The notes beneath the pieces were generated by a model that had not been told where the DNA came from, did not search any database, and worked only from the letters and a program-made list of their open reading frames with translations. A stretch of 64,000 bases of DNA. Source: the human T2T-CHM13v2.0 reference genome, Homo sapiens. Below, piece by piece: positions 27,501 to 40,600 of this stretch. How positions within the stretch are numbered: the stretch's first letter is position 1; the number at the start of each line of letters is the position of its first letter. The DNA is taken from the NCBI RefSeq assembly GCF_009914755.1, contig NC_060933.1. The stretch is one strand, 5' to 3'. The position numbers and the translations under genes were made by a program.

Positions 27501-29776
27501 AATCAACCCGAGTGCAGGGGAATGTAATGGAGCGGAATGCAATGGAATGGAATCATCCGGAATGGAATGGAATGGAATGGAATGGAATGGAATGGAATGG
27601 AATGGAATGGAATCAACCCGAGTGCAATGGAATGGAGTGGAATGGAATGGAATGGAATGGAACAACCCGAATGGAATGGAATGTAATGGAGAGTAAGGGA
27701 GTTGAATAGAATCAATCCGAATGTAATGGAATGGAACGGAATGGAATGGAATGGAATGGAATGGAATGGAATGGAATGCAATGGAATGGAGTCAACCCGA
27801 GTACAATGGAACGGAATGGAATGGAATGTAATGTAATGTAATGGAATGGAATGGAATGGAATGGAATGGAATCAACCCGAGTGCAATGGAATAGAGAGGA
27901 ATGGAATGGAATGGAATGGAAACTACCCGAATGGAATGGAATGTAATGGAGTGTAAGGGAATTGAATAGAATCAATCCGAATGGAATGGAATGGAATGGA
28001 ACGGAATGTAATGGAATGGAATGGAATGGAATCAACCCGAGTGCAGGGGAATGGAATGGAATGGAATGCAATGGAATGGAATCATCCGAATGGAATCGAA
28101 TGGAATGCAATGGAATGGAATGGAATGGAATCAACCCGAGTGTAATGGAATGGAGTGAAATGGAATGGAATGGAATGGAAACAACCAGAATGGATTGGAA
28201 TATAATGGAGTGTAAGGGAATTGAATAGAATCAATCTGAATGTAATGAAATGGAATGGAACGGAATGGAATGGAATGGAATGGAATGGAATGCAATGGAA
28301 TGGAATCAACCCGAGTGCAATCGAATGGAATCGAATGCCATGGAATGCAATGGAATGGATTCAACTTGAATGGAATGGAAAGAATGGAATCAACACGAGT
28401 GGAATGGCATGGATTGGAATGGAATGGAATGGAATCAACCCGAGTACAGGGGAATGGAATGGAATGGAATGCAATGGAATGGAATCATCCGTATTGGAAT
28501 GGAAAGGAATGGAATGGAATGGAATGGAATGGAATGGAATGGAATCAACTCGATTGCAATCGAATGGAATGGAATGGAATTAACCGAATAGAATGTAATG
28601 GAATGGAATGGAACGGAACGGAATGGAATGGAATGGAATGGAATGGAATGGAATGGAACGGAAAGGAAGGGAATGGAATGGAATAGAATGGAATGGAATG
28701 GAATCAACGCGAGTGCAGGGGAATGGAATGGAATGGAATGCAATGGAATGGAATCTTCCGGAATGGAATGGAATGGAATGGAATGGAATGGAATGGAATG
28801 GAATCAACCCGAGTGAAATGGAATGGAGTGGAATGGAATGGAATGGAATGGAACAACCCGAATGGAATGGAATGTAATGGAGAGTAAGGGAGTTGAATAG
28901 AATCAATCCGAATGTAATGGAATTGAATGGAACGGAATGGCATTGAATGGAATGGAATGGAATGCAACGGAATGGAATCAACCCGAGTGCAATGGAAAGG
29001 AGAGGAATGGAATGGAATGGAATGGAACAACCCGAATGGAATGGAATGTAATGGAGAGTAAGGGAGTTGAATAGAATCAATCCGAATGTAATGGAATGGA
29101 ATGGAACGGAATGGAATTGAATGGAATGGAATGGAATGCAATGGAATGGAATCAACCCGAGTGCAATGGAAAGGAGAGGAATGGAATGGAATGGAATGGA
29201 AACTACCCGAATGGAATGGAATGTAATGGAGTGTAAGGGAATTGAAAAGATTCAATCCGAATGTAATGGAATGGAATGGAACGGAATGGAATGGAATGGA
29301 ATGGAATGGAATCAACCCGAGTGCAATCGAATGAAATCGAATGGAATGGAATGCAATGGAATGGATTCAACTTGAATGGAATGGAAAGAATGGAATCAAC
29401 ACGAGTGGAATGGCATGGATTGGAATGGAATGGAATGGAATCAACCCGAGTACAGGGGAATGGAATGGAATGGAATGCAATGGAATGGAATCATCCGTAA
29501 TGGAATGGAAAGGAATGGAATGGAATGGAATGGAATGGAATGGAATGGAATGGAATGGAATGGAATCAACTCGATTGCAATCGAATGGAATGGAATGGAA
29601 TTAACCCGAATAGAATGGAATGGAATGGAATGGAACGGAACGGAATGGAATGGAATGGAATGGAATGGAATGGAACGGAACGGAACGGAATGGAATGGAA
29701 TGGATTGGAATGGAATGGAATCAACGCGAGTGCAGGGGAATGGAATGGAATGGAATGCAATGGAATGGAATCTTCC
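18556..29776 (+). repeat. 11.2-kb tandem duplication, copy 2
   Basis: As for copy 1. Homology ends by 29777, where CTTCCAGAAT replaces the CTTCCGGAAT seen at 18602. Confidence 0.93.
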
Positions 29777-32700
29777 AGAATGGAATGGAATGGAATGGAA
29801 TGGAATGGAATGAAATGCAATGGATTCAACTCGATTGCAATGGAATGGAATAGAATGGAATGGAATGGAATGGAATGGAATTAATCCGAATAGAATGGAA
29901 TGGAATGGAATGGAACGGAATGGAACGGAATGGAATGGAATGGAATGGAATGGTATGGAATGGAATGGAATGGTACGGAATAGAATGGAATGGAACGAAT
30001 TGTAATGGAATGGAATTGAATGGAATGGAATGGAATGGAATGGAATCAACGCGAGTGCAGGGGAATGTAATGGAACGGAATGCAATGGAATGGAATCATC
30101 CGGAATGGAATGGAATGGAATGGAATGGAATGGAATGGAATCAACCCGAGTGCAATGGAATGGAGTGGAATGGAATGGAATGGAATGGAACAACCCGAAT
30201 GGAATGGAATGTAATGGAGAGTAAGGGAGTTGAATAGAATCAATCCGAATGTAATAGAATGGAATGCAACGGAATGGAATGGAATGGAATGGAATGGAAT
30301 GCAATGGAATGGAATCAACCCGAGTACAATGGAATGGAATGGAATGGAATGGAATTTAATGGAATGGAATGGAATGGAATGGAATGGAATGGAATGGAAT
30401 GGAATGGAATTGTTCCGAGTGGAATAGGAGGGAATGTTTTCGAGTGGAATGGAAAGGAATGGAATCAACCAGAGTGGAATGGAAGGGAATGGAATGGAAT
30501 GGAAACTAATAGAATGGAATCAACCCGAGTGGAATGGAATGGAAAGGACTGGAATGGAATGGAATGGAATGGAATCAACTCGATTGTAATGGAATGGAAT
30601 GGAATGGAATGGAATGGAATGGAATGGAATTAACCCGAATAAAATGGAATGGAATGGAATGGAACGGAATGGAGTGGAATGGAATGGAATCAACCCGAGT
30701 GCAGGGGAATGGAATGGAATGGAATGCAATGGAATGGAATCATCCGGAATGGAATGGAATGGAATGGAATGCAAAGCAATGGAATCAACTCGATTGCAAT
30801 GGAATGGAATGGAATGGAAAGGAATACATTGGAATTAACCAGAGTGGAATGGAATGGAAAGGACAGGAATGGAGTGGAATGGAATGGAATGGAATGGAAT
30901 GGAATCAACTCGATTGGAATGGAATGGAGTGGAATGGAATGGAATGGAATTAACCCGAATAGAATGGAATGTAATGGAATGGAACGGAACGGAATGGAAT
31001 GGAATGGAATGGAATGGAATGGAATGGAATGGAATCAACCCGACTGCAGGGGAATGGAATGGAATGGAATGCAATGGAATGGATTCAACTTGAATGGAAT
31101 GGAAAGAATGGAATCAACACGAGTGGAATGGCATGGATTGGAATGGAATGGAATGGAATCAACCCGAGTACAGGGGAATGGAATGGAATGGAATGCAATG
31201 GAATGGAATCATCCGTAATGGAATGGAAAGGAATGGAATGGAATGGAATGGAATGGAATGGAATGGAATGGAATCAACTCGATTGCAATCGAATGGAATG
31301 GAATGGAATTAACCCGAATAGAATGGAATGGAATGGAATGGAATGGAATGGAATGGAACGGAACGGAACGGAACGGAACGGAACGGAGTGGAATGGAATG
31401 GAATGGAATTGTATGGAATGGAATGGCATGGTACGGAATAGAACGGAATGGAAAGAATTGTAATGGAATGGAATCGAATGGAATGGAATGGAATGGAATC
31501 GAATCAACCCGAGTGCAGGGGAATGTAATGGAGCGGAATGCAATGGAATGGAATCATCCGGAATGGAATGGAATGGAATGGAATGGAATGGAATGGAATC
31601 AACCCGAGTGCAATGGAATGGAGTGGAATGGAATGGAATGGAATGGAACAACCCGAATGGAATGGAATGTAATGGAGAGTAAGGGAGTTGAATAGAATCA
31701 ATCCGAATGTAATGGAATGGAACGGAATGGAATGGAATGGAATGGAATGGAATGGAATGGAATGGAATGGAATGGAATGGAATCAACCCGAGTGCAATGG
31801 AATAGAGAGGAATGGAATGGAATGGAATGGAAACTACCCGAATGGAATGGAATGTAATGGAGTGTAAGGGAATTGAATAGAATCAATCCGAATGGAATGG
31901 AATGGAATGGAACGGAATGTAATGGAATGGAATGGAATGGAATCAACCCGAGTGCAGGGGAATGGAATGGAATGGAATGCAATGGAATGGAATCATCCGG
32001 AATGGAATCGAATGGAATGCAATGGAATGGAATGGAATGGAATCAACCCGAGTGCAATGGAATGGAGTGAAATGGAATGGAATGGAATGGAAACAACCAG
32101 AATGGATTGGAATATAATGGAGTGTAAGGGAATTGAATAGAATCAATCTGAATGTAATGAAATGGAATGGAACGGAATGGAATGGAATGGAATGCAATGG
32201 AATGGAATCAACCCGAGTGCAATCGAATGGAATCGAATGCCATGGAATGCAATGGAATGGATTCAACTTGAATGGAAAGGAAAGAATGGAATCAAGACGA
32301 GTGGAATGGCATGGATTGGAATGGAATGGAATGGAATCAACCCGAGTACAGGGGAATGGAATGGAATGGAATGCAATGGAATGGAATCATCAGTAATGGA
32401 ATGGAAAGGAATGGAAAGGACTGGAATGGAATGGAATGGAATGGAATGGAATGGAATGGAATCAACTCGATTGCAATCGAATGGAATGGAATGGAATTAA
32501 CCCGAATAGAATGGAATGGAATGGAACGGAACGGAATGGAATGGAATGGAACGGAACGGAATGGAATGGAATGGAATGGAAAGGAAAGGAATGGAATGGA
32601 ATGGAATGGAATGGAATGGAATCAACGCGAGTGCAGGGGAATGGAATGGAATCGAATGGAATGGAAAGGAATGGAATGGAATCAACCCGAGTGCAGGGGA

Positions 32701-35700
32701 ATGTAATGGAACGGAATGCAATGGAAAGGAATCATCCGGAATGGAATGGAATGGAATGGAATGGAATGGAATCAACCCGAGTGCAATGGAATGGAGTGGA
32801 ATGGATTGGAATGGAATGGAACAACCCGAATGGATTGGAATGTAATGGAGAGTAAGGGAGTTGAAAAGAATCAATCCGAATGGAATGGAATGGAATGGAA
32901 CGGAATGGAATGGAATGGAATGGAATGCAATGGAATGGAATCTTCCGGAATGGAATGGAATGGAATGGAATGGAATGGAATGGAATGGAATGGAATTGTT
33001 CCGAGTGGAATAGGAGGGAATGTTTTCGAGTGGAATGGAAAGGAATGGAATCAACCAGAGTGGAATGGAAGGGAATGGAATGGAATGGAAACTAATAGAA
33101 TGGAATCAACCCGAGTGGAATGGAATGGAAAGGACTGGAATGGAATGGAATGGAATGGAATCAACTCGATGGTAATGGAATGGAATGGAATGGAATGGAA
33201 TGGAATGGAATGGAATGGAATTAACCCGAATAAAATGGAATGGAATGGAATGGAACGGAATGGAGTGGAATGGAATGGAATCAACCGGAGTGCAGGGGAA
33301 TGGAATGGAATGGAATGCAATGGAATGGAATCATCCGGAATGGAATTGAATGGAATGGAATGCAAAGCAATGGAATCAACTCGATTGCAATGGAATGGAA
33401 TGGAATGGAAAGGAATACATTGGAATCAACCACAGTGGAATGGAATGGAAAGGACTGGAATGGAGTTGAATGGAATGGAATGGAATGGAATGGAATCAAC
33501 TCGATTGGAATGGAATGGAGTGGAATGGAATGGAATGGAATTAACCCGAATAGAATGGAATGTAATGGAATGGAACGGAACGGAATGGAATGGAATGGAA
33601 TGGAATGGAATGGAATGGAATTGAATGGAATGGAATCAACCCGACTGCAGGGGAATGGAATGGAATGGAATGCAATGGAATGGATTCAACTTGAATGGAA
33701 TGGAAAGAATGGAATCAACACGAGTGGAATGGCATGGATTGGAATGGAATGGAATGGAATCAACCCGAGTACAGGGGAATGGAATGGAATGGAATGCAAT
33801 GGAATGGAATCATCCGTAATGGAATGGAAAGGAATGGAATGGAATGGAATGGAATGGAATGGAATGGAATGGAATCAACTCGATTGCAATCGAATGGAAT
33901 GGAATGGAATTAACCCGAATAGAATGGAATGGAATGGAATGGAATGGAATGGAACGGAACGGAACGGAACGGGACGGAACGGAGTGGAATGGAATGGAAT
34001 GGAATTGTATGGAATGGAATGGCATGGTACGGAATAGAACGGAATGGAAAGAATTGCAATGGAATGGAATCGAATGGAATGGAATGGAATGGAATGGAAT
34101 CAACCCGAGTGCAGGGGAATGTAATGGAGCGGAATGCAATGGAATGGAATCATCCAGAATGGAATGGAATGGAATGGAATGGAATGGAATGGAATGGAAT
34201 CAACCCGAGTGCAATGGATTGGAGTGGAATGGAATGGAATGGAATGGAACAACCCGAATGGAATGGAATGTAATGGAGAGTAAGGGAGTTGAATAGAATC
34301 AATCCGAATGTAATGGAATGGAACGGAATGGAATGGAATGGAATGGAATGGAATGGAATGGAATGGAATGCAATGGAATGGAATCAACCCGAGTACAATG
34401 GAACGGAATGGAATGGAATGTAATGTAATGGAATGGAATGGAATGGAATGGAAACTACCCGAATGGAATGGAATGTAATGGAGTGTAAGGGAATTGAATA
34501 GAATCAATCCGAATGGAATGGAATGGAATGGAACGGAATGTAATGGAATGGAATGGAATGGAATCAACCCGAGTGCAGGGGAATGGAATGGAATGGAATG
34601 GAATGGAATGGAATGGAATGGAATGGTATGGAATGGAATGGAATGGTAAGGAATAGAATGGAATGGAAAGAATTGTAATGGAATGGAATTGAATGGAATG
34701 GAATGGAATGGAATGGAATCAACGCGAGTGCAGGGGAATGTAATGGAACGGAATGCAATGGAATGGAATCATCCGGAATGGAATGGAATGGAATGCAATG
34801 GAATGGAATGGAATGGAATCAACCCGAGTGCAATGGAATGGAGTGAAATGGAATGGAATGGAAACAACCAGAATGGATTGGAATATAATGGAGTTTAAGG
34901 GAATTGAAAAGAATCAATCTGAATGTAATGAAATGGAATGGAACGGAATGGAATGGAATGGAATGGAATGGAATGCAATGGAATGGAATCAACCCGAGTG
35001 CAATCGAATGGAATCGAATGCAATGGAATGCAATGGAATGGATTCAACTTGAATGGAAAGGAAAGAATGGAATCAACACGAGTGGAATGGCATGGATTGG
35101 AATGGAATGGAATGGAATCAACCCGAGTACAGGGGAATGGAATGGAATGGAATGCAATGGAATGGAATCATCAGTAATGGAATGGAAAGGAATGGAAAGG
35201 ACTGGAATGGAATGGAATGGAATGGAATGGAATGGAATGGAATGGAATCAACTCGATTTCAATCGAATGGAATGGAATGGAATTAACCCGAATAGAATGG
35301 AACGGAATGGAATGGAATGGAACGGAATGGAATGGAATGGAATGGAATGGAATGGAATGGAACGGAAAGGAATGGAATGGAATGGAATGGAATGGTTCCG
35401 AGTGGAATAGGAGGGAATGTATTCGAGTGGAATGGAAAGGAATGGAATCAACCAGAGTGGAATGGAAGGGAATGGAATGGAATGGAAACTAATAGAATGG
35501 AATCAACCCGAGAGGAATGGAATGGAAAGGACTGGAATGGAATGGAATGGAATGGAATCAACCCGATTGTAATGGAATGGAATGGAATGGAATGGAATGG
35601 AATGGAATTAACCCGAATACAATGGAATGGAATGGAATGGAACGGAATGGAGTGGAATGGAATGGAATCAACCCGAGTGCAGGGGAATGGAATGGAATGG

Positions 35701-37558
35701 AATGCAATGGAATGCAATCATCCGGAATGGAATGGAATGGAGTGGAATGCAAAGCAATGGAATCAACTCGATGGCAATGGAATGGAATGGAATGGAAAGG
35801 AATACATTGGAATCAACCCGAGTGGAATGGAATGGAAAGGACTGGAATGGAGTGGAATGGAATGGAATGGACTGGAATGGAATGGAATGGAATCAACTCG
35901 ATTGGAATGGAATGGAATGGAATGGAATGGAATTAACCCGAATAGAATGGAATGGAATGGAATGGAAAGGAACGGAACGGAACGGAACGGAATGGAATGG
36001 AATGGAATGGAATGGAATGGAACGGAACGGAACGGAATGGAATGGAAAGGAATACAATGGAAAGGAATCAACGTGAGTGCAGGGGAATGGAATGGAATGG
36101 AATGAAATGGAATGGAATCTTACGGAATGGAATGGAATGGAATGGATTAGAATGGAATGGAATGGAATGGAATGGAATCAACCCGAGTACAGGGGAATGG
36201 AATGGAATGTAATGCAATGGAATGGAATCATCCGTAATGGAATGTAAAGGAATGGAATGGAATGGAATGGAATGGAATGGAATGGAATGGAATGCAATGG
36301 ATTCAACTCGATTGCAATGAAATGGAATAGAATGGAATGGAATGGAATGGAATGGAATGGAATGGAATGGAATTAACCCGAATAGAATGGAATGGAATGG
36401 TATGGAACGGAACGGAACGGAACGGAACCGAATGGAATGGAATGGAATGGAATGGAATGGAATGGAATGGAATGGAATTGTATGGAATGGAATGGAATGG
36501 TACAGAATAGAATGGAATGGAAAGAATTGGAATGGAATGGAATCGAATGGAATGGAATCGAATGGAATGGAATGGAATGGAATGGAATGGAATGGAATGG
36601 AATGGAACCAACCCGAGTGCCATGGAATGGATTGGAATGGAATGGAATGGAATGGAACAACCCGAATGGAATGGAATGTAATGGAGAGTAAGGGAGTTGA
36701 ATAGAATCAATCCGAATGTAATGGAATGGAATGGAACGGAATGGAATGGAATGGAATGGAATGGAATGCAATGGAATGGAATCAACCCGAGTACAATGGA
36801 ATGGAATGGAATGGAATGGAATGGAATGGAATGGAATGGAATGGAATCAACCCGAGTGCAATGGAATAGAGAGGAAAGGAGTGGAATGGAATGGAAACTA
36901 CCCGAATGGAATGGAATGTAATGAAGTGTAAGGGAATTGAATAGAATCAATCCGAATGGAATGGAATGTAATGGAACGGAATGTAATGTAATGGACTGCA
37001 ATGGAATCAACCCGAGTGCAGGGGAATGGAATGGAATGGAATGCAATGGAATGGAATCATCCGGAATGGAATGGAATGGAATGGAATGGAATCAACCCGA
37101 GTGCAAAGGAATGGAGTGAAATGGAATGGAATGGAATGGAAACAACCAGAATGGATTGGAATATAATGGAGTGTAAGGGAATTGAATAGAATCAATCTGA
37201 ATGTAATGAAATGGAATGGAACGGAAAGGAATGGAATGGAATGGAATGGAATGGAATGCAATGGAATCAACCCGAGTGCAATGGAATGGAGTGGAATGGA
37301 ATGGAATGGTATGGAACAACCCGAATGGAATGGAATGTAATGGAGAGTAAGGGAGTTGAAAAGAATCAATCCGAATGGAATGGAACGGAATGGAATGGAA
37401 TGGAATGGAATGGAATGGAATGCAATGGAATGGAATCAACCCGAGTACAATGGAATGGAATGGAATGGAATGGAATGGAATGGAATGGAATGGAATGGAA
37501 TGCAATGGAATGGAATCTTCCGGAATGGAATGGAATGGAATGCAATGGAATGGAATGG

Positions 37559-37576
37559 AATGGAATGCATTCCATT
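37559..37576. other. Strand-switch (inversion) junction; perfect 18-bp palindrome AATGGAATGCATTCCATT
   Basis: The sequence reads ...tggaatggaatg|cattccattgcattctgg... with the axis between 37567 and 37568 (NsiI site ATGCAT at 37565-37570). The palindrome extends to 37553-37582 with one mismatched pair. Confidence 0.97.
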
Positions 37577-37689
37577 GCATTCTGGTTGTTTCCATTCCAT
37601 TCCATTCCATTTCAGTCCATTCCATTGCACTCAGGTTGATTCCATTCCATTCCATTCCATTGCATTCCATTCCATTCCATTCCGGATGA

Positions 37690-40600
37690 TTCCATTCCAT
37701 TCCATTCCATTCCATTCCATTCCATTCCATTTCGTTCCATTCCATTCCATTCCGTATCATTCCATTCCATTCCATTCCATTCCATTCCATTCCATTCCAT
37801 TCCATTCCATTCCATTGTACTCGGGTTGATTCAATTCCATTGCATTCCATTCCATTCCATTCCATTCCATTCCGTTGCATTCCATTCCATTACATTCGGA
37901 TTGATTCTATTCAACACCCTTACTCTCCATTACATTCCATTCCATTCGGGTTGTTCCATTCCATTCCATTACATTCCACTCCATTCCATTGCACTCGGGT
38001 TGATTCCATTCCATTCCATTCCATTCCATTCCATTCGTGTTGATTCCATTCCTTTCCATTCCATTCGGTTTGAAGGCATTCCAATCCATTCCATTCCCTT
38101 CCATTCCATTCCATTCCATTCCATTCCATTCCATTGTACTCGGGTTGATTCCATTCCATTGCATTCCATTCCATTCCATTCCATTCCATTCCATTCCGTT
38201 GCATTCTATTCCATTACATTCAGATTGATTCTATTCAACTCCCTTACTCTCCATTACATTCCATTCCATTCGGGTTGTTCCATTCCATTCCATTCCATTC
38301 CACTCCATTCCATTGCACTCGGGTTGATTCCATTCCATTCCATTCCATTCCATTCCATTCCATTCCATTCCATTCCGGATGATTCCATTCCATTGCATTC
38401 CGTTCCATTACATTCCCCTGCACTCGCGTTGATTCCATTCCATTCCATTCCATTCAATTCCATTCCATTACAATTCGTTCCATTCCATTCTATTCCGTTC
38501 CGTTCCATTCCATTCCATTCCATTCCATTCCGTTCCGTTTCATTCCATTGCATTCCATTCTATTCGGGTTAATTCCATTCCATTCCATTCGATTGCAATC
38601 GAGTTGATTCCATTCCATTCCATTCCATTCCATTCCATTCCATTCCATTCCTTTCCATTCCGTTACGGATGATTCCATTCCATTGCATTCCATTCCAATC
38701 CATTCCCCTGTACTCGGGTTGATTGCATTCCATTCCATTCCAATCCATGCCATTCCACTCGTGTTGATTCCATTCTTTCCATTCCATTCAAGTTGAATCC
38801 ATTCCATTGCATTCCATTCCATTCCATTCCCCTGCAGTCGGGTTGATTCCATTCCATTCCATTCCATTCCAATCCATTCCATTCCACCCCGTTCCGTTCC
38901 ATTCCATTCTATTCCATTCCATTATATTCGGGTTAATTCCATTACATTCTATTCCATTCCAATCGAGTTGATTCCATTCCATTCCATTCCATTCCATTCC
39001 ACTCCATTCTAGTCCTTTCCATTCCATTCCACTCGGGTTGATTCCAATGTATTCCTTTCCATTCCATTCCATTCCATTGCAATCGAGTTGATTCCATTGC
39101 TTTGCATTCCACTCCATTCCATTCCATTCCGGATGATTCCATTCCATTGCATTCCATTCCATTCCATTGCATTCCATTCCATTCCATTCCCCTGCACTCG
39201 GGTTGATTCCATTCCATTCCACTCCATTCCGTTCCATTCCATTCCATTGCATTGTATTCGGGTTAATTCCATTCCATTCCATTCCATTCCATTCCATTCC
39301 ATCACAATCGGATTGGTTCCATTCCATTCCATTCCATTCCATTCCATTCCATTCCGGATGATTCCATTCCATTACATTCCATTCCATTACATTCCCCTGC
39401 ACTCGGGTTGATTCCATTCCATTCCATTCCATTCCATTCCATTCGATTCCACTCCATTCCAATTCTTTCAATTCCATTCTCTTCCGTACCATTCCATTCC
39501 ATTCCATACCATTCCATTCCATTCCATTCCATTCCACTCCTTTCCGTTCCATTCCATTCCATTCCATTCTATTCGGGTTAATTCCATTCCATTCCATTCC
39601 ATTCCATTCTATTCCATTCCATTGCAATCGAGTTGAATCCATTGCATTCCATTCCATTCCATTCCATTCCATTCTGGAAGATTCCATTCCATTGCATTCC
39701 ATTCCATTCCATTCCCCTGCACTCGCGTTGATTCCATTCCATTCCATTCCATTCCATTCCGTTCCGTTCCGTTCCGTTCCATTCCATTCCATTCCTTTCT
39801 ATTCGGTTTAATTCCATTCCATTCCATTCCATTCCATTCCATTCCATTCCATTCCATTCCAATCAAGTTGATTCCATTCCATTCCATTCCATTCCATTCC
39901 ATTCCACTCCATTCCAGTCCTTTCCATTCCATTCCACTCGGGTTGATTCCAGTGTATTCCTTTCCATTCCATTCCATTCCATTGCAATCGAGTTGATTCC
40001 ATTGCTTTGCATTCCATTCCATTCCATTCCATTCCGGATGATTCCATTCCATTGCATTGCATTCCATTCCATTCCCCTGGACTCGGGTTGATTCCATTCC
40101 ATTCCACTCCATTCCGTTCCATTCCATTCCATTCCATTGTATTCGGGTTAATTCCATTCCATTCCATTCCATTCCATTCCATTCCATTCCATTACAATCG
40201 AGTTTATTACATTCCATTCCATTCCATTCCAGTCCTTTCCATTCCATTCCACTCGGGTTGATTCCATTCTATTAGTTTCCATTCCATTCCATTCCCTTCC
40301 ATTCCACTCTGGTTGATTCCATTCCTTTCCATTCCACTCGAATACATTCCCTCCTATTCCACTAGGAACGATTCCATTCCATTCCATTCCATTCCATTCC
40401 ATTCCATTCCATTCCATTCCATTTCGTTCCATTCCATTCCATTCCGTATCATTCCATTCCATTCCATTCCATTCCATTCCATTCCATTCCATTGTACTCG
40501 GGTTGATTCAATTCCATTGCATTCCATTCCATTCCATTCCATTCCATTCCGTTGCATTCCATTCCATTACATTCGGATTGATTCTATTCAACACCCTTAC

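Larger units (their letters stand above)
1..37567 (+). repeat. Satellite III (HSat3) array, G-rich (GGAAT)n strand on +
   Basis: Continuous GGAAT pentamers interrupted by CAACCCGAGT, CAACGCGAGT, CAACTCGATT and TAACCCGAAT decamers, the classical Sat III signature (GGAAT)n-CAACCCGA(G/A)T. No unique sequence is present. Confidence 0.98.

Noticed and set aside
37563-37572. Junction creating a new HSE (GAA..TTC)
   Set aside because: The spacing is GAA-tgca-TTC (4 nt) rather than the 2 nt required.
37058-37690. Simple fold-back duplication or read artefact at the junction
   Set aside because: The right arm is not a mirror of the left beyond ~15 bp. The first right-arm module matches distant copies (1805, ~31994) better than the nearest one (37058-37152), and the right arm has its own variants and duplications.
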